A DNA stretch of 63,889 nt, filler included, from Octopus bimaculoides (taxonomy: Eukaryota), in the NCBI RefSeq assembly GCF_001194135.2. It is 4 parts of 4 records of this genome, joined end to end, with 100 filler letters (N's around TTAATTAATTAA, not from the genome) between each part and the next. Parts side by side here need not be neighbours in the genome. Positions count along the whole stretch, not along the records: positions 1 to 27,539 come from NC_068983.1; positions 27,640 to 52,262 come from NC_068985.1; 2 more parts are not named here. The stretch is one strand, 5' to 3'. Position 1 is the stretch's first letter, and every line of letters starts with the position of its first letter. Made by a program: the position numbers and the translations under genes. The notes beneath the pieces are model-generated. The model saw nothing but the letters and a program-made list of their open reading frames with translations, did no database searches and was not told the DNA's origin. This document shows positions 23,621 through 37,496 of this stretch, piece by piece.

Positions 23621-24388
23621 TAATTAGCTCCCCACCCCACCCCATCCTTCAAAATTGCCTGCCTTAAACCCTACAGCGGGTCGTTCTGTTCAGGGACATG
23701 TGATTTCGGCCATTTATACACCATAGAATAAGTACTAGGCTTACAAAAAATAAATCCTGGGGTCAATTTGTTCTACTAAAGGCGGTGCTCCAGCATGGCC
23801 GCATTCACATGACTGAAATAAGTCAGACAATAAGACAATATGTGTATGTATGTATGTATGTAAGTATGTATGTATGTATGGATGGATGGATGTATGGATG
23901 GATGGATGGATACATTTTTCTGTTTGTATTTGTTCCTCCTTCCACCATCGCTTGACAACTGATACTAATTTGCCTACGTGCCCGTAACTTAACGGTTCGG
24001 CCTAAGAGATCGATAGAATAAGTACTACGCCTACAAAGAATAAGTCCTGCGGTTGATTCGTTCAACTAAAGGTGATGCTCCAGCATGGCCGCAGTCAAAT
24101 GACTGAAACAAGTAATAGAATAAGAGAATCATAGAATGGTGTCGCAGTAACGGATGCTACGGGTGCAACTACTTTTATTAGCAATAGTGACTGCAGGAAT
24201 AACACAAGACCACCCTTGCCTGGCGAAGCTGCATCCATTGAGGTGTCACCTCCTACGAAGAGAACAGGATTACAAGGCACAAACACGAACTGCACAAGCC
24301 CACTGCCAACTCCTTGCATTCAGTGCCAGCTGACCACCAGTGCCCGACCTGCTGATGAGCCTATCTAGCACGCACTGGACTGGTTGGC

Positions 24389-24660
24389 CTATAGGCACAA
24401 CGTGACTATAGGCACAGGTAAGGCTATAGGAGCAGGTGTGGCTATAGGCGCAGGTGTAGCTATAGGCACACGCGTGGTTATAGGCGCAGACGCAGTTATA
24501 GGCGCAGGCGTGGCTATAGGCGCAGGCGTGACTATAGGCGCAGGCGTGGCTATAAGCTCAGGCGTGGCTGTGTGGTAAGAAGTTTGCTTCCTAATAACAC
24601 GGTTCCAGTTTCAGTTCCACTTTATAGCATCTTGGGTACATGATTAGAGAGGGATACACC
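24389..24660 (+). repeat. 18-bp minisatellite (GGCTATAGGCGCAGGCGT)n running into a truncated family A SINE; duplicated at about 25820-26108
   Basis: About ten 18-bp units are visible. The following approximately 95 bp of unique sequence is identical between the two copies except for one base. Confidence 0.92.
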
Positions 24661-25819
24661 CGTCTTTTTCTTTCGTGTACTGACCTCAGATAGACTTCTT
24701 GAATGAGCAGCCACAATATGTACACATGCCTTTATCAAGTAGACCTATGGTCAGTGGTATTCCTGCCGTGACCATTCGGTTTTTCCTGGTGTATTTAAAA
24801 CTACATAACTACATGCCCGTAGTAAGTGTAATTTAAACTAGATTTGACTGTTATTCTTAGCAGATCGAGAGGCTGTGTTGAGATACCCTTATTGGTTCTA
24901 ACCAATACATGTGACTATATATGGAGTCTATCTGGCTCTCCGTCGGTTACAACGACGAGGTTTCCAACTGATTCGATCAACGGAACAGTCTGCTCGAAAA
25001 ATTAACATGCAAGTGGCTGAGCACTCCACAGACACGTGTGCGCTTATTGTAGTTCTCAGGGTGATTGAGCGAGACACAGGGTGTGACAAGACTGACCCTT
25101 CGGAATTCAGGCACTCGTTTTTACCTGCTGAGTTGACTGAAACAACGGGAAATAAAGTGTCTTGGTCAAGGATATAGCGCGTCAACGGGAATCGAGATCA
25201 CGACCTTGCGATCGTGAGCCCAACACACTAACCATTAAACCACGCTCCTTCATTTACGGAGTCTGCAGACTGAGTAAAACAATATCGCCAATAGAGACGT
25301 TACGCTCGTCTGCCGTTACGCTCTGAGTTCAAATTCCGCCGAGGTCGACTCTGGCTTTCATCTTTCGGAGTCGATTAAACAAGTACCAGTTACGCACTGG
25401 GGGTCGATGTAATTGACTTAATCCCTTTGCCTATCTTTGCTTGTCCTTTCTATGTTTAGCCCCCACCCCCCACCCCCTGTGGGCAGTAAAGATATAAATA
25501 TGATTGTATTCTTAGTTCGTATGGACCTGGTTGAGCTGGTAGAAATAGCATCCAAATCTTTCTCAAATCGTACCTGTCGTATATAGAGACAAGATTCATT
25601 AGATGCAGTAATCATATATAGCTCTAAAATGATGAGTTGGTCATGGTTGGAGCACTTTAGGTCGAGAGTTAGCACTATGTCTTTTTCCTTTTTGTGGCGA
25701 GTGAATTGGAAATCTTCATAGACGTTTGATTTGCTAGAAATAGCAGTTAAAATCTGCCTTAACTTACACGTTCCCGTCATAAAAACGGAAAGACACATTT
25801 GCATATGTAGTTCTGTGGC

Positions 25820-26108
25820 TCATAGGTGCAACGTGGTTATAGGCGTAGGTGTGGCTATAGGCACAACGTGACTATAGGCACAGGTAAGGCCATAGGAGCA
25901 GGTGTGGCTATAGGCGCAGTTGTAGCTATAGGCGCACGCGTGGTTATAGGCGCAGGCGTAGTTATAGGCGCATGCGTGGTTATAGGTGCAGGTGTGGCTA
26001 TAGGCGCAAGCGTGGCTGTGTGGTAAGAAGTTTGCTTCCTAACAACACGGTTCCAGTTTCAGTTCCACTTTATAGCATCTTGGGTACATGATTAGAGAGG
26101 GATACACC
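25820..26108 (+). repeat. Second copy of the 18-bp minisatellite plus truncated SINE segment
   Basis: It shows the same order of variant units at the array start (GGCACAACGTGACTATAGGCACAGGTAAGGC) and the same end point ...GAGAGGGATACACC. Confidence 0.92.
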
Positions 26109-27539
26109 AAGGAAGACAGACTATTCACGGCAGTAGCGCTATTAATTATAGGTCTGGTCGAACATGCTGACTCAGAGCTAAACAGCAACAACACCACCAC
26201 CAATACGTATAACAATGTAACCATCGTCATATAAAGTTTGTGGAAACAGCTTGCTTTTAAATTAAATGTCTATCAAATACAAGCACACCCACACGCATGT
26301 CTATACACATACATTTACATATACATGTCTATGCATACATAAATTGCTATGTAAATACTAATCAAAGAGCGCGATAAAAGTATGATTTCTGAGCATGGAG
26401 TGATAAAGCAGTATCAAAATGTTTCCACTTTTTTTGCGCCTTTATTTAAAACTAATCGTGGATGGCGAGAAGTTAACGCTGACCTATAAATAGTTTCAAT
26501 AAACATCATATTATTTGAAGGTGACGAGCTGACAGTATCATTACAGCACCAAGTAAAATGCTTATCGGTATTTCGTCCATTTTTATGTTCTGAGTTCAAA
26601 TTTTGCCTAGGTCGATTTTGCCTTTCATCCTTCGGGGTCGCTAACATAGTTACAAGTTGAATCTGGGGTCGATATAGTCGATTAGCCCCACTCTCCCGAA
26701 ACTGCTGGTTTTGTGTTAAAATTTGAAACTAATAAACAGTAATCACTCGCCATATCGCGGTTCACCTATCGGGCCCTCAAGTACATCGTGGATTTTTCTG
26801 GCTAATATATGTAACTTCATAGAGTAGCGAGCTGGCAGAAACGTTAGCACGCTGGGCGAAACGCTTAGTAGTATTTCTTCTGCCGTTACGTTCTGAGTTC
26901 AAATTCCACCGAGGTCGACATTTCCTTTCATACTTTCGGGATCGATTAAATAAGTACCAGTTACGCTCTGGGGTCGATGTAATTGACTTAATCCTTTTGT
27001 CTGTCCTTCTTTGTCCCATCTATGTTTAGCTTCCTGTGGGGCAATAAAGAAATAAATATATGTAAATTTATATCGCAGACTCCTCAGTATATTGCGGGTT
27101 TCTGCGAGTGTTAGGTATTTACATTTTTTAAAATTTTAATTATTTCTGTGGTAAAATAAGCATTTTCACGCCTAAAAATTAATAAATAAAAATACAGTAC
27201 AGTACTGCACTGTATAATACATTAATTAAAATATATTAAAAGAAAATATGTAGTGTACCGTAGATGAGTAGGATCTTTTTTAAAACGGGGGCCACATTTT
27301 TCATTAACGAAACACTTTGAAACTTGGAACACTGGTAGAATGTGTCATATAAGACATCTTTTTCTCTTAGTCTTCTTTAAAAAAAAAGAAATCCATAAAT
27401 TATTCCATGTTAAAGTTGTCGTATTTCTGTAATTTCAACCAATCACTGACGTCCATTCAGCCGATATACATTAAGTGCCGACTACATAAACAAACGATTC
27501 TGAAACAATTAATCCTAACCCTAACCCTAACTCTAACCC

Positions 27540-27639
27540 NNNNNNNNNNNNNNNNNNNNNNNNNNNNNNNNNNNNNNNNNNNNTTAATTAATTAANNNNN
27601 NNNNNNNNNNNNNNNNNNNNNNNNNNNNNNNNNNNNNNN
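27540..27639. other. Artificial scaffold-join spacer 44N-TTAATTAATTAA-44N
   Basis: It is exactly 100 bp, with the identical layout at 52263-52362 and 62667-62766. The 12-mer is a palindrome with stop codons in all six frames. Confidence 0.95.
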
Positions 27640-30600
27640 GGACAATCTGTCATAGATACGTTGCGTTGTGTGAGTAGAATTCTGACCCCGGTTTGTATGA
27701 ATGACTGACGAATGTATGACAAATTGAATGGAAGCAGAAAGGATTGTGATTTAATCTAAGACATAAATCTCTGAAAGACGGTGAGTAAAATGAATTAATA
27801 TGAAGCCATCTCTAAAAGCACTTTCTACAAGAGTAAGATGATTGAAGTTTTCACAGTTACAAATTTGTAGACAACAGAAGCTATTGACAGGCACAAGTGA
27901 AATCTATTGTTACACTCCATTAAACTGGAAGTGAATATCGTCTTGTTATGTTAACTCTGACTGAGTATTCAGTACGTTGATCTTCAATTTCATCGTGTTG
28001 TGTGCTTGCAGTGAATTGCAAATTATGTTCAACTGAAATATTAGTTTTGAACCCATGCTGCATTGGAACACTTCATGCCTCTACTTAAAAGTTAATCTTC
28101 AAATTTACCATGCTTTGCTCATTATAATTAATGTATTCAAGTCCTGTTTTGCCGCTTATTAACACAAAAGATAATGGAAATTACTTGAAACGCTGCACGG
28201 CACGAGTTCAGAATAATAACCGTGAGTGTAAAAGGTGAACTTATACGTCAAAGGATTATAAGTTCTAACATACAGTTGTCATCGTGGGACACTACACTGC
28301 TTGTCGGAAAAGGTTTGCACAGTGGAGAAATTCTACAACGAATAAAAGGAGAAATTTGCCATTTTGGATGCAGTATTTCGGCCGAGAGGGAGGAAATATT
28401 TACGACGCGTGTTTCATCGTTTTCCAATGAAGGTCAAAGGATCATAAGTCCTAATATACAGTTATTACCATAGAACACTACACTACTTGTACTTACGATA
28501 AAATAATTTATTCCAAATTGAATATGGTTGGCACTTCCTACTTAGTGACGCTACAGTCCATCATTTGTTTCACAGAATTCTAGTGTTTTAGTTTACTTTT
28601 TTGTTTGCCTGACTGGCAGGAAAGATTTCCAATAATCTGATTTAAGTTAAGTAGTCGTAAAACGTGAAAGGCCCCAAGCTGCATAAGAAAAATCACGGAC
28701 GCAAATCAGTAAATAAATGACAGAACAACCCGACTTGATAATGGAGCCTCAACACAGTAACTTGACCTACAAGAAACAGCAGTCACATGTTTCTAATTTT
28801 AACCCTGAAGTCTTTAAAATACATTGGACTAAGATGTTCTTTGCACACGCAACTGGACGCTGTTTGAAATTACTTGTTCATTCATCAGATAGAATTTATC
28901 AAAAACATCTCTCTCTCTCTCTCTCTCTCTTCCATACATGTACCATGCCCACAGGCGTTAGTTATGTTTGATCTCTGAGCCCTCACTTCTTAACACGTTA
29001 TTGGGCTGGTCTTTCCGATACCTGTGAGTCGGGTAATCAAGTATCACCTCGCTTTGTCTTCTACCAACTTCTTTCCAGTGTTTCAGTTATCATCAAGTGC
29101 GCAGGCTATTTCTTCTCTTATCCAATAAACTGTGCCGGTTGTTTCGGAGCTTTATTCTATCATTTTTGCTTGCCTAAGAATATCAATGTTTGTCACTATT
29201 TGTAAAGGGCACTGGCTTCAACAGTCTTCTAAGGAATCGCATCATATCTACAGCATCTAAAAGCTTTTGCTACAACAATAACAACTGCAAATACAAAAAA
29301 AAAGTACGAAACAAACAAAAACGTATGCACCAAAATAATTGAATATATTAAACCCAGAAAGAATCCACGAATTGGCTGGTCTGCTGCTGCTTAGGTAACC
29401 CACAAAGACTACAACGTAGTGTTATCTGCGACAGCAATGTATTCTTAAAATGTACTGTAAATCTGAAATGGCAAGTCAATGTTTTGTACAACCTAGTATA
29501 AATATAATCAAATCTCTGAATCATAACTGCTGTCTAAACAAAGGGAAATATTTGATAATGTAGCCCTTCATATATTTATTTCTTTATTGCTCACAGGGGG
29601 TTAAACATAGAGGGGACAGACAAAGGGATTAAGTCGATTGCATCAACTCCAGTGCGTAACTGGTACTTATTCAATCAACCAAAGAGGATGAAAGGCAAAG
29701 TCGACCTCGAGGAAATTTGAACCCAGAACGTAACGGCAGACGAAATACCGAAAAGCATTTCACTCGACGTGCTAACGATTCTGCCAGCTCGCCACCCTGA
29801 TAGCGCTTGATATATTATGTTTAAAAAGTTGATGGAGTGGTTACAATTGTAAAACTTTTGACCATGAGTCCGTCTGACCAGAGCTGGCTTGGACTTCTCA
29901 ACTTATTAAAACAATATGAAGTAATATTGTCTTTCCTTGCATTATTGTCACGTGGAATGAACTTTTCAATATTCACCTCAATGAAAATTATAGCTAATTT
30001 CTCTAAATGCAGTTAATATTTTGCGAAGGCGCGTGGCTTAGTGGCTAGGGCATTCGACTAACGATTGTAAGGTCGTCAGTTCAATTCCCAGCGACGCATT
30101 GTGTCCTTGAGCGAACAAGACACTTTATTTCACGTAGCTCCAGTCCACTCAGCTGGCAAAAATGAGTTGTACCTATATTTCAAAAGGGCCAGCCTTCTCA
30201 CACTGTATCACACCGAATCTCCCTGAGAACTACCTTAAAGGTACACGTGTCAGCCACTTGCAAGTTAATTTCACGAGGAAGCTGTTCCATTGATTATATC
30301 AGCTGGGACACGCGTCGTTGTAAGGGACGGAGTGCTCCTCTCCTCTATAAATATTTTAAAGAAAGACTAAGTAACGCAGGTGAGAATTCAGGCAAAGATG
30401 ATGCCAATAAATATAGACAAAAATATTTTGTTTTTAATTGTAGAACACGAAGTATATCAAGTTACAAATAATAGCATGTAAATATTGGGTAAAAAAACGC
30501 CGAAGGCTAAATGTAGAAACATAACACTCTATATAGCTGGTCTAATGTTTCTATCATATTTCGGGAAATCGTTCTTATCACATAAAATATAGAAAATAAT

Positions 30601-33144
30601 CCAAGAATTTGAAGGAAAGTTGTTCTAATTGACAAACCATTATGATGCGTTCTTCATGCAAAAGCTTTCTGTAGTCACTTCTCACAGAAATTTATTTTCT
30701 AACATTCTCACCTGATTTTCACGTTTATTCATATACGATATTGTAAATTTATTTTCTGATCACTACTTCAGCAAGTTTGCTAAAATTCATGTTTCTCTGA
30801 AGAGGTCTTCAAGAATGAACATTTTTTTTTTATTTATTTCATATATTTTCCGGCATAACTAGACAAATATTAGTCATAAGCTAAGATAAGTTGATATTTT
30901 CCAAAGTAATAACTCACATAATGTATTAATAATGGTTGTAGTTACATCAAATTAATACAAAGTTGCACTGAAAAGAATAAACAACTACACTGAATGAGCT
31001 GTTGAATGAATAAATATCATCCAAATTTGAACGAGTGACGTATTATGTAGCTGTTATGTATTTTATCAAATCAATCGACTGCATTCTTCTGGATTTGAGA
31101 GAATACATATTAAGAAGGGTAGGTTGTACGAATTCTATTCAGTTACAAGAATGTAAAATTCTTGAAAGTAAAAAGAACGGATTTATAAAACGAAGTGTCA
31201 AGATATAACAAAGAAATATTTAAAATCTTGTAAATGCTGAAGTAAGCACAGTAAACAGGTGGTGTAACAACTATATTTATCGCTAATTTCACCTGGTGTC
31301 AGCTTGAGATACATAACGGGAAAATATAAAATCAGACAAAGTAGAAACGGAACAAAACGGTGAAGGTTGAACGTAAAAGAAAAAAATATATAAACCTTCT
31401 TTTAGTTGAGTAGTCAGGAAAAGCCTAATAAAACACCTCGTAAAGAGTTTTAAGAAAGAAATTTAACCAAATATTTAAAAAATGTAATGTAGAAGAACGC
31501 CTTTAATCTTTTACAATGGATCAAAGTAAAACTAACAAACAAAATAACCAGTTTTGTAAAAATAAACTAAATCAAAGAATTAGAATATTTGAAAAATGCC
31601 AAAGTTGTATGAACAAAGTTAAATGTTCACGTTAGCTGAAAAGAAATTCAATTGTTAAAGAAACAAACTAAAATGAAAGCATTAATTGTTAAAGGAACAC
31701 AAAAGATTGTTAGGAAAACGTAAAGGGTGATAAAAGAAATATATTGTTTGAATAGAGGAAACGAGAAAAATTGCAAAAGATACAAAAGACAGCAGAAACC
31801 AGAAATGCACTTAAATAGAGGTGGAAAAAAAAAAAAAGAAGAAACAATAATAAAAAAATTGACACGGCTAAACATATTTGTGAAACAACCTATTAAAAGA
31901 CAACACTTAAAGACAAAAGAAGAATTGTAAAGACAGAGTTATCGAATAATATGGAACATATACTGAGTATAGAAGTAAATGGCGGACAAAATAAAAAATA
32001 AGAAAGACTTTGCCTGTGTGCTCCTGTATATGTGTACGCTAACACACACATATCCACATACACATGCGCGCGCGCATAAACACATGTGTGATATATACAT
32101 ATAAATATATGTATATGTGTCTATGTACACATACATTTATATACACACACAAGAGTATATATAAATGTATATGTATACATGCATACATATTTATACACAC
32201 ACATGAATATATATAAATGTATATGTATACATACACACAAATTTATAAACACACATGAATATATATAAATGTATATGTATACATACACACAAATATATAC
32301 GTGTGTATGTATACATACATACATACACTCACACAAATATATATAAATGTATATGCATACATGCATACATATATATACACATGAATATATATAAATGTAT
32401 ATGTATACATATATATGTGTGTATAACACAATCATACATATGCGCGCACACATACACAACACACCCACACATAATATAGAAGCACCCATTTATATATATA
32501 ACTGTTGTAGCTTCAATATGTTACACCTTTAATAAATAGGGAAAATAACATAAATTTCGTTTTGTACTGAGATGCGATAAAAGTATTATAACAAAACATA
32601 AAACAGCCGTTAAATATCACTACAGCAGACTTTCAAATATAACTTATATGAAAGGAGACTGCTAAATAATTGCATTAGAGAACACTGAATGTTTAATGTA
32701 ATCGAGAGAGGGAGTAAGCACTGCCAATCCCGCTCTCTTAGATTAAGCACTTAAATTCATTTTCTCCTTTTTTTATGTTTTAGCTGTACTTAAAGTTTCA
32801 TAGATTGCACGTACAGTAGCAACAGTCCAAACAATAACTATATTCATTCTTTATACGTTCTGGCAGATTCGATGGTGAATAATTGATCGCTGTTGTGTTT
32901 ATAACCCATAACATTCACCGATGTAAGCGGAGTTTCGACCTTGTTGTGCATCTTCTCAGTCAAAGCTACCCGTGTCTCAAGAACACGAAGTTTTGTTTAT
33001 TGGAATCTACAAACAAATTATGTTCTGATTTGTGTTCTAGAACATATTAATTTTTTACTCTCCCTCGTATGTACATAGATGTGTGAGTGTATAATATGTT
33101 CTTATGAATTTTGTGAATCTTTGGGAGACCGTACATGTGTGGTA

Positions 33145-33790
33145 GCTTACTCTAGTGTTGATTCAGTTGTCTGTACTTCATTGGTGTAAAGTGATCCTTG
33201 TCTCTTGATCATGAACTGTGACAACTTCCTCTCTGTTTTCAGAGTTGGGTCTTTCTTTACTTTGCTGTAGCTACCATCACTTATAAGACTTGCCAGTTTT
33301 TCTGAGTAGTCAGACTTATTCATCACCACTGTAGTATTTCCCTTATCCGCTGGAAGTATTATGATGGAATTGTCACTCTGTAGTTTTTTGGTACCGAACT
33401 TTTCTTCCTTAGTGATGTTTGGTTTGGGAAATTTCGGTTTTTTTCTAGTACCTGTCTCACTTTCCACCTTAGTTCATCTCCCTGAGCCTTTGGGATCTTT
33501 ACGGCTATTGCTTCAATGGGAGCTATTATGTCCAAGTATGGAATGTGCTTGATGGCTGTCGCAAAGTTGAGACCTTTGTTTAGTACTGCTTCTTCAGAGC
33601 TTTCTAGATGTCGGCTACTTACGTTAATTACTGCTTTCACGGGTGGGTGACGGACTTCATTCTCTGACCTTTGAGCTTCATAAACTTCTTAATCTGACAT
33701 ATTTTCACCTTTTCAAATTCTTTGTTGTACGACTTTTAAAAGATCTTTCTATCATCATCTCTGGTTATTCTCCCAATAATGATGGTAACC
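33145..33790 (-). mobile_element. Penelope-like element, N-terminal and reverse transcriptase-proximal fragment
   Basis: Translation gives VINVSSRHLESSEEAVLNKGLNFA and IIILPADKGNTTVVMNKSDYSEKLASLISDGSYSKVKKDPT, motifs characteristic of Penelope ORFs, with a frameshift between the pieces. Confidence 0.88.
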
Positions 33791-35828
33791 TCTCTGATTT
33801 CGTTATTTAGTTGATATTTTTTCCAACGATTATAATGGATCCTCTCACTGTAAGAAGGGATATATTCGTCGTTGTACTAATATTTTTTTTTTTTGCATAA
33901 TAATAGTCAAATAATTTGGTGTAAGACAGATTAGTCAGTGTATAGATGCATATTACGCACGTTAATGTCAATGAAGGCTCGTGGGCCAGCGGTTTAAGTG
34001 TTGCGTTCACGATCACAACGTGGCAGTTTCGACTGCCGACCGTGCAATGCATTGTGCTCTTGAGCAAAACACTTCATTTCATGCTGTTTCAATCCATTCA
34101 CCGATAAAAATGAGCAACTCGGAGGTTAGTCGTTTCCCACGGCATATAAATGACAGGGGTTCACCATATTCATCTGAATTAGACTCAAGTCTGTTGCAGG
34201 GTCATTCATTTACAGTAGAGTGGACAGCAGCAACATATAAAATATTTTTTGCTGAAGAATACAACACACCGGCTGGTTTGGGTATTGAAACCACGATTTT
34301 GCGATCGTGTGCGCGATTCCCCAGTCACAAGGCCATGCACCTTCCTATTTCTTCGGAGATGACGTTGCATTGCATGTTATAAACAGTCAACAACTTTAAA
34401 ATCTCATCAATACCAGAGTAGAGAAATGCACGAAAACTAACAATGAAACGATACAGACCAACCAACCAAGCATAAGATTTGCAGTTTTGGTGGGTAATTA
34501 TAACACAAGAGCAGGAAAATTCACGTTGTACAAACAACGTGAGCAAAGGCTACAGTAAAACATGTGAAATCTATCTGAAGGAGAATGAAAATTAATATTT
34601 TGATAAATAAGGATAAAGTAGTCAAGAAACAACTGAAGTCAATTAATAGAGGAACACAAATGATACATATGTTCTTATGATAGCAAAAAGAAATTCTAAT
34701 AGCCTTTAGTAAGCAAAAACCTCATCAGCTGGCAAGCTTGCCTCTATAGATGTTCAACAAGAGCAAAAACGAATTAATTAATGACTGAGAAAACAAGCTT
34801 TTAGAACAACAAAAATGTGGACCCAGTGAGAAAGCTACAAATTAATGCAACGAAAAATATTTGGTAGACATAAGGATCAACGGTCTGGAAAGAGAAGTGA
34901 AATATAGACAAGCAACAACTGGTGAGTACGTTAAAAGGTTTTATCAATTATGAGTCTTCTCTGACATAACATTGAAAAAAATTAAGAACTTATCTCCGTT
35001 CCAAGAATACTATCTGTGCCAGCAAATTCAGCTGTAACACATGGCTCTGTGGAATTGGATTAAAGTGTAATGATGTAAAGCTTAACTAAATTACGTCGGG
35101 TGTAATACGAGAAATCTATTTAGTAAACGTCATATACTGTACATCCGGATAAAAGAATATAATAGGGTATTACTGAGAGTTAGAGGGCAATAGAAGACAG
35201 TCATTGATGTGTCTCACTCATTTCCAACCCCGTAGAGTCTTGGTACTTACCTTTGTCACCAATGATCGCAAAAGAATTCTAACAAATCGATTATCTCGGC
35301 AGCAACGAAATTCTCGCGAGAAATTCGTTCAGAATATCATCAGCTAACATCTGACCATAAAGCAAGAGAACAATGAACATGCAGGTAACAGAAGGGTTGA
35401 CAATTGTAGATAACCATAATGATGTGACAGTACAAGGGCAACATTTCTGCAAAATGGATGCCACGTACCAAATAAAAAAAAAGAAAGGAACGTGTTATCT
35501 GGATGTAAAGACCTGGCCTAAATGTGTTATGAGAAGCAATAGCAGGCACGATAGAGAAACGGACCATAACCACTCAAAATATGAAACGGAATATTGACAA
35601 TTACTCCAATATAAGTTGATGGCAAATGTTACTTGGATGGAAGCTTATTTGCGGCATACAACACATTAACATCGAGATCCCTCCCCCCACTATCTTTGTC
35701 AAAATATGCTTGGAGAAAAGATGCTAAGTTCTGAACATAGCACCATGAGTCACTGCACACAAGCGCAGACATGCAAACAAACACACGCACGCAAAAAAGA
35801 CACACACACATATATATGTTCATATACA

Positions 35829-36250
35829 TACATTGGGTTGTCAGATAAATTCTTTCAGTTTTCTTTCTCCATTTATTTTAATCCCAAGTAACGGTGAAGG
35901 GCAGCTGTATCATAAGAGTATCCCGTCTGCTGCGCCAATTCCCAGATAGAGTGGCGAAGATTTTCTTGGATACACCTGTTCATTCGATCCTCATCGAACG
36001 GAAAAGCTCCGTCAGAACGCATAGAGACTGTGCAGTCGAAATTCTTCTGCTTGAATCTTAAAAATCATTTACCTACAGCTCTTTCGGCAACAGCGAAACG
36101 TAGAACCGTGCGCAGCACAAATATCAGAAATGAAATTTTGCATTTGCTTGAAAGCAGAAAGAAGCTGGTATCAATTTTTTTTTCCTATAAAGCACTCCAT
36201 CGTCATTCTTCACAGGAGGTAAAAGTTATTCAAATTTCGAAAATGGTAAA
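35829..36250 (-). mobile_element. Internally deleted mariner: N-terminal HTH region plus a terminal repeat
   Basis: The minus strand reads DICAAHG, then after a frameshift AVAERAVGK*FLRFKQKNFD...PFDEDRMNRCIQENLRHSIWELAQQTG. A TIR-like ACATTGGGTTGTCAGATAAATTC lies at about 35829-35852. Confidence 0.7.
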
Positions 36251-36413
36251 CATACATACAACGGGCTTCTTTCAGTTGCTGTCAGCCAAATCCACACACA
36301 AAGCTTTGGTCGGCCCGAGGCAATAGCAGAAGACACTTGCTGAAGGGGCCACACAGTGGGACTAAACCTGGAACCGTGTGGTTTGGAAGCAAGCTTCTTA
36401 TCACACAACCACG

Positions 36414-36519
<106 letters not shown>

Positions 36520-37451
36520 TTACAGTAAATAGAAATACAGAAATTAAAGACAACACTGCGCATGTTCAAGGCACGCTGACATGTGCTGCATAATGCAGTG
36601 AATGCATACAATAAATATCACACTACATGGAAAGTAATGGAGCTAATGACGATCATGACGTTAACAGCGAAAACCACGATGACGTCAATGACGTTTATTA
36701 CTATGACAACGATGATGATAATCTAAGAAAGTTCAAGTTTACGATGTGGAACACTGAGAGAAGTAAAAACTGCTCAATGAATGCAGATTTTATGTGCAGT
36801 TATATTTCATGCACCGAAAATGGAAAATGTTCCACTCTATCATCAAACCGGAGATTCTTATATTAGAAAATAAAAAAGCGCTTTTTTATAACGGCACACT
36901 GGTAGTTTAGATTATAAAAACATTAGCATTATAAATAAACACACACAGACATGTAGTATCTGCTACAATTGTTTATGTATGTATATATACATGCGCTGTG
37001 TGTGTGTGTGGCCTTGTGGTTATGGGTGTTGCACTCATGATCACGAGATCGTGGTTTCGATCCTCAGACCGGCTGCACATCGTGTTCTTGAGCAAACCAC
37101 TTCATTTCATGTTTCCCCCGTCCACTCAACTGTAAATGGGTAACTCTGCTACGAATTAGTCTTACGATTACGGGGAATATTAGCCTGCTCTCCTAGCCAG
37201 CAGGCTGGCATAATTTGAAGGCTAAAAACGAGGTAAAGAGCACTGAGACCAGCAATGTATAGCAACAGCCAATAGTCTAGTCAGTAACGTGAGATATATA
37301 NNNNNNNNNNNNNNNNNNNNNNNNNNNNNNNNNNNNNNNNNNNNNNNNNNNNNNNNNNNNNNNNNNNNNNNNNNNNNNNNNNNNNNNNNNNNNNNNNNNN
37401 NNNNNNNNNGTGCTAACTCTTCTGCCAGCTCATCGCCTTAGTAGAAGTAGT

Positions 37452-37496
<45 letters not shown>

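Noticed and set aside
24384-24578. (GAGVAI)n ORFs, also at 25826-26026, resembling silk or hexapeptide-repeat proteins
   Set aside because: They are the translation of an 18-bp minisatellite made from a SINE head. There are no splice signals or flanking coding sequence.
27584-27595. TTAATTAATTAA island inside N runs, seen three times
   Set aside because: It is always centred in exactly 100 bp, so it is an assembly spacer rather than genomic sequence.
32100-32480. ORFs rich in Y/I/C/V/H/T (IYIY, CVCV, HTHT) here and across the window, and a period of about 52 bp in this tract
   Set aside because: These are translations of (TA)n, (CA)n and compound microsatellites with no coding signal.
32915-32965. 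CTGAGAA...GGTCGAAAC on the minus strand downstream of the Penelope RT fragment
   Set aside because: The position fits a pseudo-LTR hammerhead, but the core has G8 changed, stem II is weak, and no UH or stem I follows. It is too decayed to call.
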